The position numbers and the translations under genes were made by a program. The notes under the pieces are model-generated. The model did no database searches and was not told the DNA's origin. It saw only the letters and a program-made list of their open reading frames with translations. A DNA stretch of 64,000 bases, from the NCBI RefSeq assembly GCF_036365525.1, contig NW_027140807.1, positions 744,001 to 808,000 of the forward strand, given 5' to 3'. Of this stretch, positions 11,725 to 23,829 are shown piece by piece. This stretch comes from Heterodontus francisci. Its lineage: Eukaryota. The first letter of the stretch is position 1; every line of letters starts with the position of its first letter.

Positions 11725-13690
11725 GAGTCATTTACGGCACTGAAGAAGGCCATTCGGACCATCGGGTCCATGCTGGCTCTTCACGGTGCTGTGCAGTCAG
11801 TCCACTCCCCTGGCTCGATCCCTGTAGCCCTGCAAGTCTATTTCTCTCAGGTGGCTATCCGACTATCTCTTGAAGTCATTGATCATCTCCGCTTCCACCA
11901 TCCTGTGGGCAGTGAGTTCCAGGTCATTAACACCCTCAGTGCAAAGAAAGTTCTTCCTCATATTTCCCTGCATCTCTTACCCAAACCTTCAACCTCCTGA
12001 TTGTACCATTAGTTAATGGGAACCGTTTTTCCTTGTCTGAGTTATCTGTACCCGGTGCCTTTATTTATGAAGCCCAAGATCCCACATGCTTTCCTAACCA
12101 AGCTCTCACTATGTCCTGCCACCTTTAAAGATGTGTGCACATACACCCCTAGGTCCCTCTGTCCCTGCACACTCTTTACAACTGTGCCATTAAGTATATA
12201 TTGTCATAATCTTGCACATTTCTGTTAAACCTCCTTTGTTCTAAGGAGGACAACCCCAGCTTTTTCAACCTAACCTTGCAACTAAAATCCCCCATCACTG
12301 GAACCATTCTGGTAAACCTTCTCTGCACACTCTCAAGGAGCCTCACATCTTTCCTGAAGTGTGGTGACCAGAACTGGACACAACTCTCCATTTGGGGCCT
12401 AACCAGAGCTTTATAAAGGTTCAGCATAGCTTCACAGCTTCTGCACCAGATGCCTTTATTTATGAAGCCCAAGATCCCACATGTTTTCCTAACCACTCTC
12501 TCACTATGTCCTGCCACCTTCAAAGATGTGTGCACATACACCCCCAGGTCTATCTGTCCCTGCACACTCTTCACAACTTTGCCATTAAGTATATATTGTC
12601 TCTCCCTATTCCTTCTGCTAAAATGCATCACCTCACACTTGTCAGAATGAAATTCCATTGGTCACCTTTCTGCCCATTCTGCTCGTCTATCCAGGCAGTT
12701 CAGATCATCCTCACTGTTTGCTGCACCTCCAGGTTTGGTGTGGAGAGCAAATTTTGAGATTCTGCTCTGTATTTCAAAATCCAAGTCATTTATATATAGC
12801 AGAAAAAGCAGTGGTCCCAGCACTGACCCATGGGGGAACACCAGTGACTACCATCCCTCAGTCAAAAAAGCAACCATTTACTACGATTCGCTGTTTCCTG
12901 TCCTGACGGCACTTTTTCACCCAAATGAACACTGACCCTCTCATCCATGAGCCTCAGTTGTGTTAACCAGCATTTTATGGGGTACCTTGTCAAACGCTTT
13001 CTTAAAATCCACATAAACAACATCCACCACATTCACTCCATCGACCTTCTCTGTTGCTTCATCAAAGAATTCAATTAGATTAGTCAATAATGTTCTGCCT
13101 TTTGAAAATCCATGCTGGCTACCCTTAATTAAACTCGAACCTCTCTAACCGTCTATTGATTTTTCTCTGATTATTGTTTCTAGAACCTTACCCATCAGTG
13201 ATATTAAACTAAGTGGCCTGTAGTTGCTCGGACTGTCCTTACACCCTTTCTTGAATATGGATTTGCCACTTTGTCATCCTCTGGCACCTCCCCCATAACC
13301 AGGGAAGATTTGAAGATGACGGCAAGCCCTTCTTCTATCTCTACCCCCCACTTCCTTTCACAACCTGTGATGCAAGTTATCTGAACCAGGTGACTTATCC
13401 ACCCAAAGCATAGCCAGCCTTTTTAGTACCAGCTCCCAATTGTTATCCTATCCATTGCCTCTACTCTCTCTGCTTCTGCAGATAATTTTCAGCCTCCAGT
13501 TCCTTCGTGAACACTGATACAAAGTTCTCATTAAGTATATTAGCTTTGCCCTGTGCCTCAAAGCACATATTACACTCTCCGTCCTTACTTGACCCGTCTT
13601 TACCTCTTACTACTCACTTACTATTTACGTGCTGGTAGAAGATCTTTGAGCCCCTTTTATGAATCTCCCTCTCCCCTTTCCACATTGAGG
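11725..13690 (-). mobile_element. CR1 LINE ORF2 remnant
   Basis: Minus ORF 12176-12658: DKCEVMHF...LYKALVRPQMESCVQFWSPHFRKDV; internal duplication near 12055-12200. Confidence 0.88.
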
Positions 13691-13799
13691 CTGAAATGGG
13701 CTTTGTTTGCAACGATTACATCATGCAGGTCTGATCAGATACTCGGAGCTTTTGTGAACGAATTCCCATCAACCTCAACAAGTTGTGCAATTTCCCCAT

Positions 13800-14240
13800 T
13801 TGTCAGTGTTTTACCCCCTTCTGATGTTGTTCAATTTGTTAGTGTTTTTCCCCTGCTGAAGTTGTTGCTGTATTTATTGTCTTTTTCACTGAAGTTGTTG
13901 TTGAACTTGTTGGTGTCTTTCCCCAGCTGAAGTTGCTGCTGCATTGCTTGATGTACTTCCCTGAAGTTGTTGGTGTTTCCCCTGCTGACGTTGTGAGAAT
14001 ATTAGTTGTTTTTTTAACTCCCCCCTTCCCCTAAAGTTGCTGGATTTGTTGGTGATTGCTTCCTGAAGTTGTTGTTGAATTTGTTGGTGTAATTTTCCTG
14101 TTGAAGTTGTTGTGATGTTTGTTTTTAATTCTCCTGAAGAAGTTGTTGAATTTGTTGGTGTCTTTCTGCTCCTGAAGTTGTTGTATTTGTTGTTCTTTTC
14201 CCCCATCCTGAAGTAGTTGTTGAATTCCCCTGTTCCTCCT
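13800..14240 (-). repeat. CAA-rich ~36-bp minisatellite (reverse orientation)
   Basis: Repeated gttgttgttgaatttgttggtg units. Confidence 0.85.
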
Positions 14241-14439
14241 GAACATGTTACACTCACCACCCCTCATGACTCAGCTTACACTATAACTGTATCCCTGAGT
14301 GAAATCTCTCTAATGCGCAGGTAATATCTGCTTCCAGCGTTTCCTTGGGACCCTGTTCCACAGAGCGACCTCCTGCTCATTGAAATAACCTTTCTGCAGG
14401 TTCGTTTCCAGGTCAAATAATTAAAACATTAAGTAACTA

Positions 14440-15050
14440 TTACAACAAAGAGTATTGTCCCTTTTCCCTCAAGGGGGCTGGAATAGAAAGCGCTGGATGT
14501 TGTGTTACTGTTGTATGCAGCTCGGATTAGTCCCCTTCTGGAGAAACCATCTTCAGTTCTGTGCATCAAAACTCAGGAAGGATGTCTCAGCCTTGGAGGT
14601 AATGACACCAGGTCTAAAAGGGTTAAATTAGCTTCACAGTTTGCATGGCCTAATGTCATATTCTCTTAAGTATAGGAGATTAAAGGGTGATCTCATTGAA
14701 ATATTTAGGACGATTAAAGGATTCGATGGTGTTAATGGACAGAAACAATTTCCTCTGCTGGGGGAGTCCAGGGCAAGGTGGGGTGGGGCTGTTCAGGAGT
14801 GATGTCAGGAAACGCTGGTTCACACAGCAGGTAGTGGAAATCTGGAACTCTCTTCCTCAAAAAGCTCTACAGATGGGGGTGTGAGGGGGGTTAATCAGAC
14901 ATTACAAAGCAGAGCTTGCTAGATTGATGTTAGGTGAGGGTATTAAATGATATGGAACCCAGATGGGCAAATGGAAATAAGTTGTAGATGATCCATGATC
15001 TCCCTGAATGGCGGAGCGAGCTCGAACGGGGCGAATGGCCCACTCCTGTT
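14440..15050 (+). mobile_element. Decayed CR1 3' fragment
   Basis: FRSDVRKRWFTQQVVEIWNSLPQK motif and CR1-type tail. Confidence 0.7.
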
Positions 15051-15051
15051 G

Positions 15052-15572
15052 CCAGGATTTCTCATTTTCCTCTGTCAGGCCTTGAGTGAGCTGGATTATC
15101 CAGGGTGGAAGCACTGACCAGAATAGAATGGAGCAGCACGAGGTTTGGGGAATGCTGGGCAGACCCACCATGCACAGTCACATCCCTTCTGATCCCAGCC
15201 CTCAGCAATCATTTAACAGTGAGTGTTCCCTCCCAGAACAAAAACACTGGATTTCCATGATCATATGGGAAAGCCATTCCAGCAAAATCAATAAACTTCT
15301 TGAGACGGTCATGGTCAGCGTTCATAGATGTATTGAGCAGACAGAGAATGCAATAAAACTTTAAACACACAGTTTACAATCAGATTTACAATCACACTGG
15401 ATGGTCAGGGAGTCAAACACGTTAAAAGGCCTTTCCAAACTGCAGCTCTCCTTGTCTGAATGTCCATCAATGGACGATACCCAGCCATGTTCACTTATTG
15501 CAGACGTTTGACATCGTTACACTAGAGAGTTGTGACCAATGAGTCATTTCACAACAGTTCAACTGACTGATC
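15052..15572. repeat. Right arm of the inverted duplication (partner ~2810-3337)
   Basis: Reverse-complement match to 2810-3337. Confidence 0.85.
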
Positions 15573-16159
15573 TGGGTGGAGATGTAAACATGTGCTTTTC
15601 ACTTCCTCAGGAATACAATTCCGTGTCAGGAGAATCTCATCGGGCTCGCTGCTGATCAGTAACGTCAATTAATAAAGCTGGTCCCCTTACTTTTTCCGTT
15701 ACACCAACAACAACTTACATTTAAATAGCACACTTAATGCAGCAAAATGTCCCAAGGTGCTTAGCAGCAGTGATACCAATAAGAACATTTCTGACGTTTT
15801 TGGAAATCGAGCCACAGAACGATATTTCGGGCGAGATAACCAGAGGCTTGATCAAAGAGAGAGTTTTTAACGGAGCATTTTAAAAGAGGAGAGAGGGAGG
15901 TCGAGAGGTGGAGAGGGTTAGTGAGATAATTCAGGATCTTAATACCAAGTCAGCTTAAAGCATGACCGCCAATGGTGGAGTGTTAAAATCGGGGATACAC
16001 AAGAGGCCAGGAATTGGATGAACACAGAAGATGTCAATGTCTTGTGGGGCTGGAGGAGGCAACAGAGATAGGGAGGGGTGAGGCCATGGAGGGATTTGAG
16101 AACAAGTCTGAGGAAGTTAATATTGGGAAATTGGAGAGGAGCAGGGAGTCATTGGATGT

Positions 16160-16545
16160 GGGTGTCACTGGCTAGGCTAGGCCAGCATGTATTATTTTTC
16201 GTTAATTGACCTCTGAGAAGGTGGTGGTGAGCTGCCTTCTTGAACCGCTGCAGTCCATGTGGGGTATGTACACCCACAGTGCTGTTAGGAAGGGAGTTCC
16301 AGGATTTTGACCCAGCGACAGTGAAGAAACGGCCGATATAGTTTCAAGTCAGGATGGTGTGTGGCTTGGAGGGGAACTTGCAGGCAGTGGTTTCCCCATG
16401 CGTCTGCTGCCCTTATCCTTCTAGTTGGTAGAGTTCGTGGGTTTGGAAGGTGCTGTCAAAGGAACCTTGGTGCATTACTGCTGTACATCTTGTAGCTGGT
16501 ACACACTGCTGCCAATGTGCGTCGGTGGCGGAGGGAGTAAATATT
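16160..16545 (-). mobile_element. Non-LTR retrotransposon 3' fragment (same family as 23830-24350)
   Basis: Reverse-complement similarity to 23830-24350; further copies at ~19970-20140 and ~46190-46510. Confidence 0.65.
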
Positions 16546-16711
16546 TAAGGTGGTGCTTGTTTGGTTTGATTATCCCAGCTGCTGTGGTGGGATTTGAGCT
16601 CCAGTGCTCTGCATCATTCGGTCGAAGCCTCTGGATTACTAGTCCCAGTAACATAACAGCTATGCTACCGTACCCCCAGAGACTGGGGTAAGATGTATTA
16701 CACAATTCCCA

Positions 16712-16750
16712 AGTTTTTGCCCTGTTTCCTTCCATTCTAGTTACACTGTG
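16712..16750 (-). other. 23-RSS of the inverted V
   Basis: Minus strand: CACAGTG (16750-16744), 23-bp spacer, GCAAAAACT (16720-16712). Confidence 0.9.
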
Positions 16751-17039
16751 TGTATCCTTGTGAGCCCTGCAGTAGTAAGCGCTGTTGTCTTGGACCCAGG
16801 AGCTTTTCAACGACAGAGGGAAAGTGTTGGCCTGAGTCTCGTGCTGGGTTTCAATCCATTTCCTGTTGTTAGATGCAGAAAGTGCACTCCATCTGATCCA
16901 TCCCAGGCAGTCACCAATCTGCAAGTACCAGTCCAAACAACACTCAGTCATGTTGCCCTGCCCAATTCTGCTGTGGAACGTGGTTTCCTCCCCAGGAACC
17001 AGGGCGTTGGCCGCCGGGGACTGGAGAACCATCTAACAT
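16751..17039 (-). pseudogene. Inverted, divergent antigen-receptor V pseudogene (not clearly TRBV)
   Basis: VLQSP...TFHS...WYLQ...LGWI...NTFPLSL...DNSAYYCRA followed by a 23-RSS. The first Cys is replaced by Ser. The acceptor at 17040-17041 is out of phase for a phase-1 leader. Leader uncertain (possibly 17713-17757). Confidence 0.8.
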
Positions 17040-18469
17040 CTGACAAGATTCTTCATACAGGATGGCAGATCAATGGGGAGAGAACGATAGAGGGTTACAG
17101 GGAGGGACAGAGGCAAAAGCAGAGGAGACAAATTATTTTCCTCCAGTCACGCTGCTACCTTCACGCTTATATTTGCTCCATAGGTTAAGCCCAATTATAA
17201 ATCAGATTTTTGACAGTGGTAAAACTATAAAAGCGCCAAACTCGGAAGGATGAATGCAAACCAGCTCAGTCTGCATCTGAGCAAAAGGAAAATAGGTAAT
17301 GTTTAACGATGATACTCTGTTAAAATAATCCTAACTGCTGTTCGGATCAAGCAGCAGTGAATTATTTCAGTTTGGTTGACGAGGTGATTACATATAACAA
17401 TGCATAAAGTAACTATTACGAACATTAATTTCATCAACAATGGTACCAAATGGGGACAGTGGTGTTTCCTGTCTTAAAGGTGGAAAGCAGGAATATGGAA
17501 AGGGAAGGAATTGTGACCAGTATCTCCGAATAACACTTCAGTATCTTCTGTCAGCAGATCTTTAACTACTTTGAGATTCTTTTCAGAGGAGGAGGCTCGT
17601 TGTAAGCAGTGTGATCAAACCGCCCCTGCTGCTGTGGAAACTGCAGACAGGGCGAGTAATCACTGTCTCTGGCGTTGTATTCCTTACGGAGCACCCTCTG
17701 ACCAGATCATACCAACAAAAGCTTAGCAGGGATCAGCGCCGTACAGGCAGAGGCCATCCCAGGGATCCCTACATAGGGAAAAATAAAGAGAAAATGAGAG
17801 AGAGAGAGAACAGCTGAGAGGGAGCAAGGGAGAGGTAGAGTGAGGCAGAGACAGAGAGAAAGAGAGACAGACTGATCGACAAAGCCACTGAGAGATGGAA
17901 TGATTCAGGCAAAATAAGTTAGACAGAGAGAGAGAGAGAGAATGAGAGACATAGTGACAGATAGAGAGAATGAAGCAGTAGGAGGTGTAGAGACAGACAA
18001 GGAGAGATAGAGCGACACAGAGACAGGAAATGAGAGGAGATTGTCAGAATTAATGAGAGAGAGAGAGAGAAAAATGAGTGAGTGTGTGTGAGAGAGAAAT
18101 AGAGACAGACAGCAAGAGTAAGTGAGAAAATGAGAGGCGAGAAAGAGAGGGGAAGGATAGAAGACAGTGAGATAAAGAGAGAGAATGAGAATGTGTGTGT
18201 GTGTGAGAGACAGAAAGAGCAACAGAGCAGAGAGGAACTGAGAGAAAGAAAGACAGACAGGGATAAAGAAAGAGAATGAGAGTGAGTGTGTGTGAGAGAG
18301 GAAAGATAACAAGGGCAACAGAGACAAAGAAACAGACATGAAGAGAGAGAAAGGAAACAATTTTACAGAACAATGAAAACCATGTTTTTTTAATCAATAT
18401 TGGTGAAGTCTGATGGGTTTCCTGGTCCTAGCTCGCCCTCTGCTGTCCCCCTGGAGGAGAAAACCCCCA

Positions 18470-18965
18470 AAAAGACAAAAACAACTGCAGCAGAAAAAAA
18501 CACTCACAAATTCAACAACAACCTCAACAGGGAAAACGCCAACAAATTCAACAACAACTTTAACAGAAGAAAAACACCAACAAATTCAACGACAACCTCA
18601 ACAGGAAAAACACCAACAAATTCAACAACAACCTCAACAGGAAAAACGCCAACAAATTCAATAACAACTTCAGCAGGAGAAAAACACCAACAAAGTCAAC
18701 AACAACTTCATCAGGAGAAAAACACCAACAAAGTCAACAACAACTTCAACAGGAGAAAAACACCAACAAATTCAACAACTTCAACAGGAAAAACACCAAC
18801 AAATTCAACAACAACTTCAGGAGAAAAACACCAACAAATTCAATAACAACGTCAGCAGGTGGAAAAAACACCAATAAATTTAACAACAACTTCAACAGGA
18901 AAAACAACAATAAATTCAACAACAACAGCGAGAAAAAACACCAATAGATTCAACAACAACTTTAT
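18470..18965 (+). repeat. CAA-rich ~36-bp minisatellite
   Basis: (caccaacaaattcaacaacaacctcaacaggaaaaa)n; reverse-oriented copies at ~19330-19470 and ~19795-19950. Confidence 0.9.
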
Positions 18966-19472
18966 CAGGAGGCAAACAGGGGGAAGAGACCGGGAGAGAA
19001 GAAGGTCAGTGAACAGGGACAATCTGGGATGTGAAGAATGAAACAAGGAGAGAAAGATAGAGAGAAAGAAAATAAGAAAGACAGCTGTTAACACAAATAA
19101 TGGGGGTGTGGGGTGGTGGTGAGAAAGATCCCTTACTTTGAAATAAGACCATGAGACTCAGTAACAGATACATCTTTCACTGGAAGCTGAACCTGCAATT
19201 GGGAAATCAGTGGAAAGAAGAGAGTTGAGTCTTGTGAGAAGCCACATGAAGACTCAAGCAAGTGATTGAGGTTTGCCCAACACCTCCCTCCCTGATGGGG
19301 AACCCACGCCCCTCTCTCTACCATTGGCTGCCAGTAGTTGCTGTTGCATTTGTTGGTATCATTCTGCTGCTGAAGTTGTTGTTGTATTTGTTGTTGTATT
19401 TGCTGGTGTTTTTCTCCGACTGAGGTTGTTGGATTTGTTGTTGCTTGAATCTCCTTCTGAGGTAGTTGTTGT

Positions 19473-19795
19473 AATAAAAGCAAAATACTGCGGATGCTGG
19501 AAATCTGAAATAAAAACAAGAAATGCTGGAACCACTCAGCAGGTCTGGCAGCATCTGTGAAAAGAGAAGCAGGATTAACGTTTCGGGTCAGTGACCCTTC
19601 ATCGGAACTGACAAATATTAGAAAAGTCACAGGTTATAAGCAAGTGACGTGGGGGTGGGGCTAGAGGTAACAAAGGAGGTCTAGATTGGACCAGGCCACA
19701 TAGCTGACCAAAAGGGCACGGAGCAAAGGCAAACAATATGTTAATGGTGTGTTGAAAGACAAAGCATTAGTACAGATTAGGTGTTAATACACTGG
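19473..19795. mobile_element. Penelope-like element terminal fragment inserted in the CAA minisatellite
   Basis: aaatactgcggatgctggaaatctgaaat...caggtctggcagcatctgtg is shared with ~5445-5570 and with the start of the GIY-YIG-bearing copy at 34.85 kb. Confidence 0.55.
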
Positions 19796-21207
19796 TGGAG
19801 GTAGTTGTTGTGTTTGTTGGTGTTTTCCCTGCTGAGGTTTTAGTTGTACTTGGTTCCTTCCCTGCTTAAGTTGTTGTTCAATTTGGTTTTTGCATGTTGA
19901 GGTTGTTGTTGTATTTTTTGGAGTTTTTTTTCCCCTGCTGAGTTTATTTTCTCTTTTTCAATTCATTCATGAGATTTTGGTTGAGGCCAGCATTTATTGT
20001 CCATCCCTAATCATCTAATTGAGAAGGTGGTGCTGAGCTGCCTTCTTGAACCGCTGCAGTCACGTGGGGTAGGTAAACCCACAGTGCTGTTAGGAAGGGA
20101 GTTTCAGGATTTTGACCCAGTGACAGTGAAGAAACTGTCTTGGCCCCAAAACAAGGCAGCAGGTTGACAGGTCTTATTGGGTCACAGTGTCATGCAGGTC
20201 AAATCCAGGCCATTCAGCCCATCGATCCTAGCCTGGCAGCTCGAAAGAGCGACCTCCTCCCATCTTTCTTCATCTTACCCTATCAACAGATTCTTCTATT
20301 CCTTTCTCACTCATGTATTTATTCAGCTCCCCTTTAACTGCATCGTCTCTATTCGACCTCAACCCATTCCATTTGGTCTGTAATTCCACATTCTCACCGC
20401 TCCCTGGGTTAAAGAACCTCCTCCTGAATTCCCAATTGGATTTATTAAGGACTACCTTAAATTTATGATCCCTGGTTTCATCTTCCCTGTCCAATTACTC
20501 CCACTCCCTGTTCTTTCTGAATGACCCTGCACTTGATCTTGCAGCTTGTCTGCCTCCTTCCCTACATTACAACACTTCAAAATGTATTTGACTGGTTGAG
20601 GCTTGAGTGAAGCAGAGAGCTGTGGGGCCGAATGGCGCGGATGTATGCATCAACTTCCATCTAGTTCTGGGCCACAAGCGCCAACACGAGTCGAGTAGGA
20701 GAATATAACTGATGACTGAAACAGGTTCAGGGTCTGACACTGAAACGCCTGCAGAATCGGTGCTTGCAGTTGCAGCTGGAGCCACTAGGTGCCAGTGCTA
20801 CTCCACTGCATCCGCTGCCCAGCACATGCTCAGACAGAGTGAGCTTTACCCACAGCAGCTCCACAGGTCAACTCGGCTGCTTCTGAAATGTTTCACTTCT
20901 CAACTATTTCACCCACACAGAAAAACGCAGTTAGACTTCATCATGTTTGGTCTTTAATATTGACCAGAGGCCCCCCGGATTCCCCTGAGGCCTCCTTAGC
21001 TCAGCCCCGGGAATGACCTGTCAACATGTCAACATGTGGGACCCAATGAACCATCAGGAATTTGCACCCCCACCCTCCCCCCCAATGGGAACATGAAACA
21101 GTGGGGAGGAGGGGACAGTAAATGTCACTCAGAACATTGAGATATTCTGCAATAAAACAGCTCAGTGATTTCACACAATGAACACATGGATCTGTCTCCC
21201 TCCAGAG

Positions 21208-21407
21208 ATGACTGTGTCTCACCTCTTGGTTGTGTTCCTGGTGTTAAAGGGTAAGGTGGAACTGGACTGAGAGATGTCAGTCATCCTCACTGCTCTTTCC
21301 CTGTGTGACCCCACACCGCCAGGAGACCCAACAACACCCATTTTTACCTGGACTCCTCCAGCCTTTTGGCGAATCAATCAGCCGTGTATTACTGTGTCTG
21401 GAGACTG
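21208..21407 (+). pseudogene. TRBV: TRBV pseudogene with an internal deletion (leader plus 3' V remnant)
   Basis: Leader 21208-21250 MTVSHLLVVFLVLK(G)|gtaagg. Only FR3 remains (TARRPNNTHFYLDSSSLLANQSAVYYCVWRL). Paralog of 47845-48436. Confidence 0.88.
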
Positions 21408-21446
21408 CACAGTGACTCATAAAGGCGCCGGAGTTCAGCAAAAACT
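21408..21446 (+). other. 23-RSS
   Basis: CACAGTG-23bp-GCAAAAACT. Confidence 0.92.
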
Positions 21447-22615
21447 CTGAAGGGGGAGGAAAGCACTTGTGGGAGATAAACCTGTCTGTCTATCTCAGTG
21501 TCTTTCTGTCTCTCGGATTATCTGCGAGNNNNNNNNNNNNNNNNNNNNNNNNNNNNNNNNNNNNNNNNNNNNNNNNNNNNNNNNNNNNNNNNNNNNNNNN
21601 NNNNNNNNNNNNNNNNNNNNNNNNNNNNNNNNNNNNNNNNNNNNNNNNNNNNNNNNNNNNNNNNNNNNTATATTGCACCATTTATCTATCGATTTATCTC
21701 GATCATATATATATATATTTGCCATCGATTTATCTCTCTGTCTCTCACCTCTCTAAATATCCATCCACCATATATCTGACGTTTATCATCTATCTAACAC
21801 CATTATTTACACCATACCAGTTTAATTATTGATATATCATGATTTGTATTTTACTGATAGTTTCATCCTCTTGCTCTCCTTTGACTCAGAGTACATCAAT
21901 ACATTATGAATTATTAAAAATGCTGCAGCAATGTGCGCAGATCCTTCTCGTTAAGGCAGCCTCCACCTGTAAAGAACAGATTCCGAGGTGGGGTAAATGG
22001 GTTCATGGTCCTGTTGAATGAGCTGTCGGTGGTATGTGACAAGAGTTACACATAGCTCCCTATTGTACATGTCCCCAATGATTCAATCAATGCAAAAGTG
22101 AGACACCTCCCCAGATAGGTCTCTCACTAGAACACCTGCCTCCTGACGGCGGTTTGAGCATCTGTTTAAAACAGTTAACCCACTTCTTCATGACACTGTC
22201 TCTTTTCAAAGTATCTAAGATTTCACCCCAATGTAAAACATAACCCTTGAATTGTCGTTTAGCACAGGGGAAATAACTTTTGATCTGCCGAATACAAACA
22301 AGCAACTTGATGTGTCTTATATATTTATAGAATCATACAGCAGAGCCGAGGCCATTCAGCCCATCGAGCCTGGCCCGGCTGTTCGAAAGAGCTACCCTAC
22401 AACACCAATCAGACACAAGCAACGGGAGCCAGATACAGACGGGAAGCAGTTCCTTATTCAAGCTCCTTCCGACCAGGGGGTGTTATTATTCTGTCATACC
22501 CAGAAGTGAGGGGTCAGAAGGAAACCCTGTTTCCAGTGCTGTCATTTCCGCTCTCTGCTTTATCTTCAGCCGCCTGATATTGGTTCATGAACAGATTCAG
22601 CCCCCAGTCTGCAGG

Positions 22616-23431
22616 ATGCAGTTAGTCAAACTCTTCCTAATCGTCTGTTCTCTTCTTCCATGTAGGGATTCATTGTTCATAAAGATACCTGTGCTAAAAT
22701 ACATGCTGTGTTTTCATTCACTGCTAACTTCTATCAAACTAGATTGATACAACATCATTGCAGTCGATTTTCTGTCATTTCTTAAACTACATACTTTACT
22801 TTCACTGTAAATAATATTGGCTTAATGAAATTTTTGACTGAATGAAAGTTACTTATATATTCGTGACGCTACTACAGCTATCTTTAACCGATAAGTTTGC
22901 CCTAATTCTGGGTTAATTTGTCTGTCTCATATCACTTGCTACATTATTTTACAATCTCTATATCTATCTGTGTATTATCTATATATCTACAAATATATCA
23001 TTTAACGATATATTGTCTGCCTATATAGTTATCTAGTATTATCTACTTATCTATTTGGATAGTTATAGTTGGTTATCATATGTCACAATATGTTCTAAAC
23101 TTTTTAAACTATTCTCCTTATTTCTCAAGGCAAAACTCTAGCAGAGGTGATACACCAGTGGCCAACTCTGGTGGTGGGGAAGAGAGGTGGACCAGCAGAA
23201 TTAAACTGTTACCAGAATGACAGTAGTAAGAGCGTTATGCTGTGGTATCGGCAGTATGCCGGGCAGGGGCTCACCCTAATGGGTCATTCTATTAATGGAA
23301 TCCCAGTCACATACGAAGGAAAATTTGAGGAGGAGGTGAAGATTTTAAGGCCCGAGGAGAGACGATGCAGCCTGAGGGTCCTCAAGGTTAAGGCTGCGGA
23401 TGCGGCAGTGTATTACTGTGCAGCCAGTGAG
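22616..23431 (+). CDS. TRBV: TCR beta V gene segment, intact (ends CAASE)
   Basis: Leader 22616-22661 MQLVKLFLIVCSLLP|gtaggg. V exon 23130-23431 is in frame: VIHQWP...LNC...WYRQ...DAAVYYCAASE. Confidence 0.92.
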
Positions 23432-23470
23432 CACAGCGCTGCAGACTGCCTTAGTGCCAGTACAAAAACC
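23432..23470 (+). other. 23-RSS
   Basis: CACAGCG-23bp-ACAAAAACC. Confidence 0.93.
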
Positions 23471-23829
23471 AACAGGGTGAACAACACAACTGACTGACAT
23501 ACAGGAGCAGTGACAATGGTTAATGTCTCTCCCTGCCTCACCGGCCGTTTTCCAAGCTGGTGATTCCCGGATTCCTGAACCTTCATCAAGGGCTGAATGA
23601 CAGGGAATAGCAGAAGGTACGAGGAAGAGAGAGAAGGAAAGAAAGAGATGTGCCTCAGATCCCCTGCAAAATTTCAAAGTCCTCGTCTACACTGTTTAAT
23701 TTCTGGCACTGTGTATGTTAAAACTAAATCACAGACGCTGTCTCATACTTGATTAATTAAAAGGTTAATTAATGATGTAAATAAGACAGATAGTTTACAT
23801 CACCATTGTGAAGTGATGGATAGAGTATC

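Noticed and set aside
18400-18846. Mucin-like or Gln-rich ORFs (TPTNSTTTSTGK)
   Set aside because: Translation of a CAA minisatellite that occurs in both orientations, with no splice context
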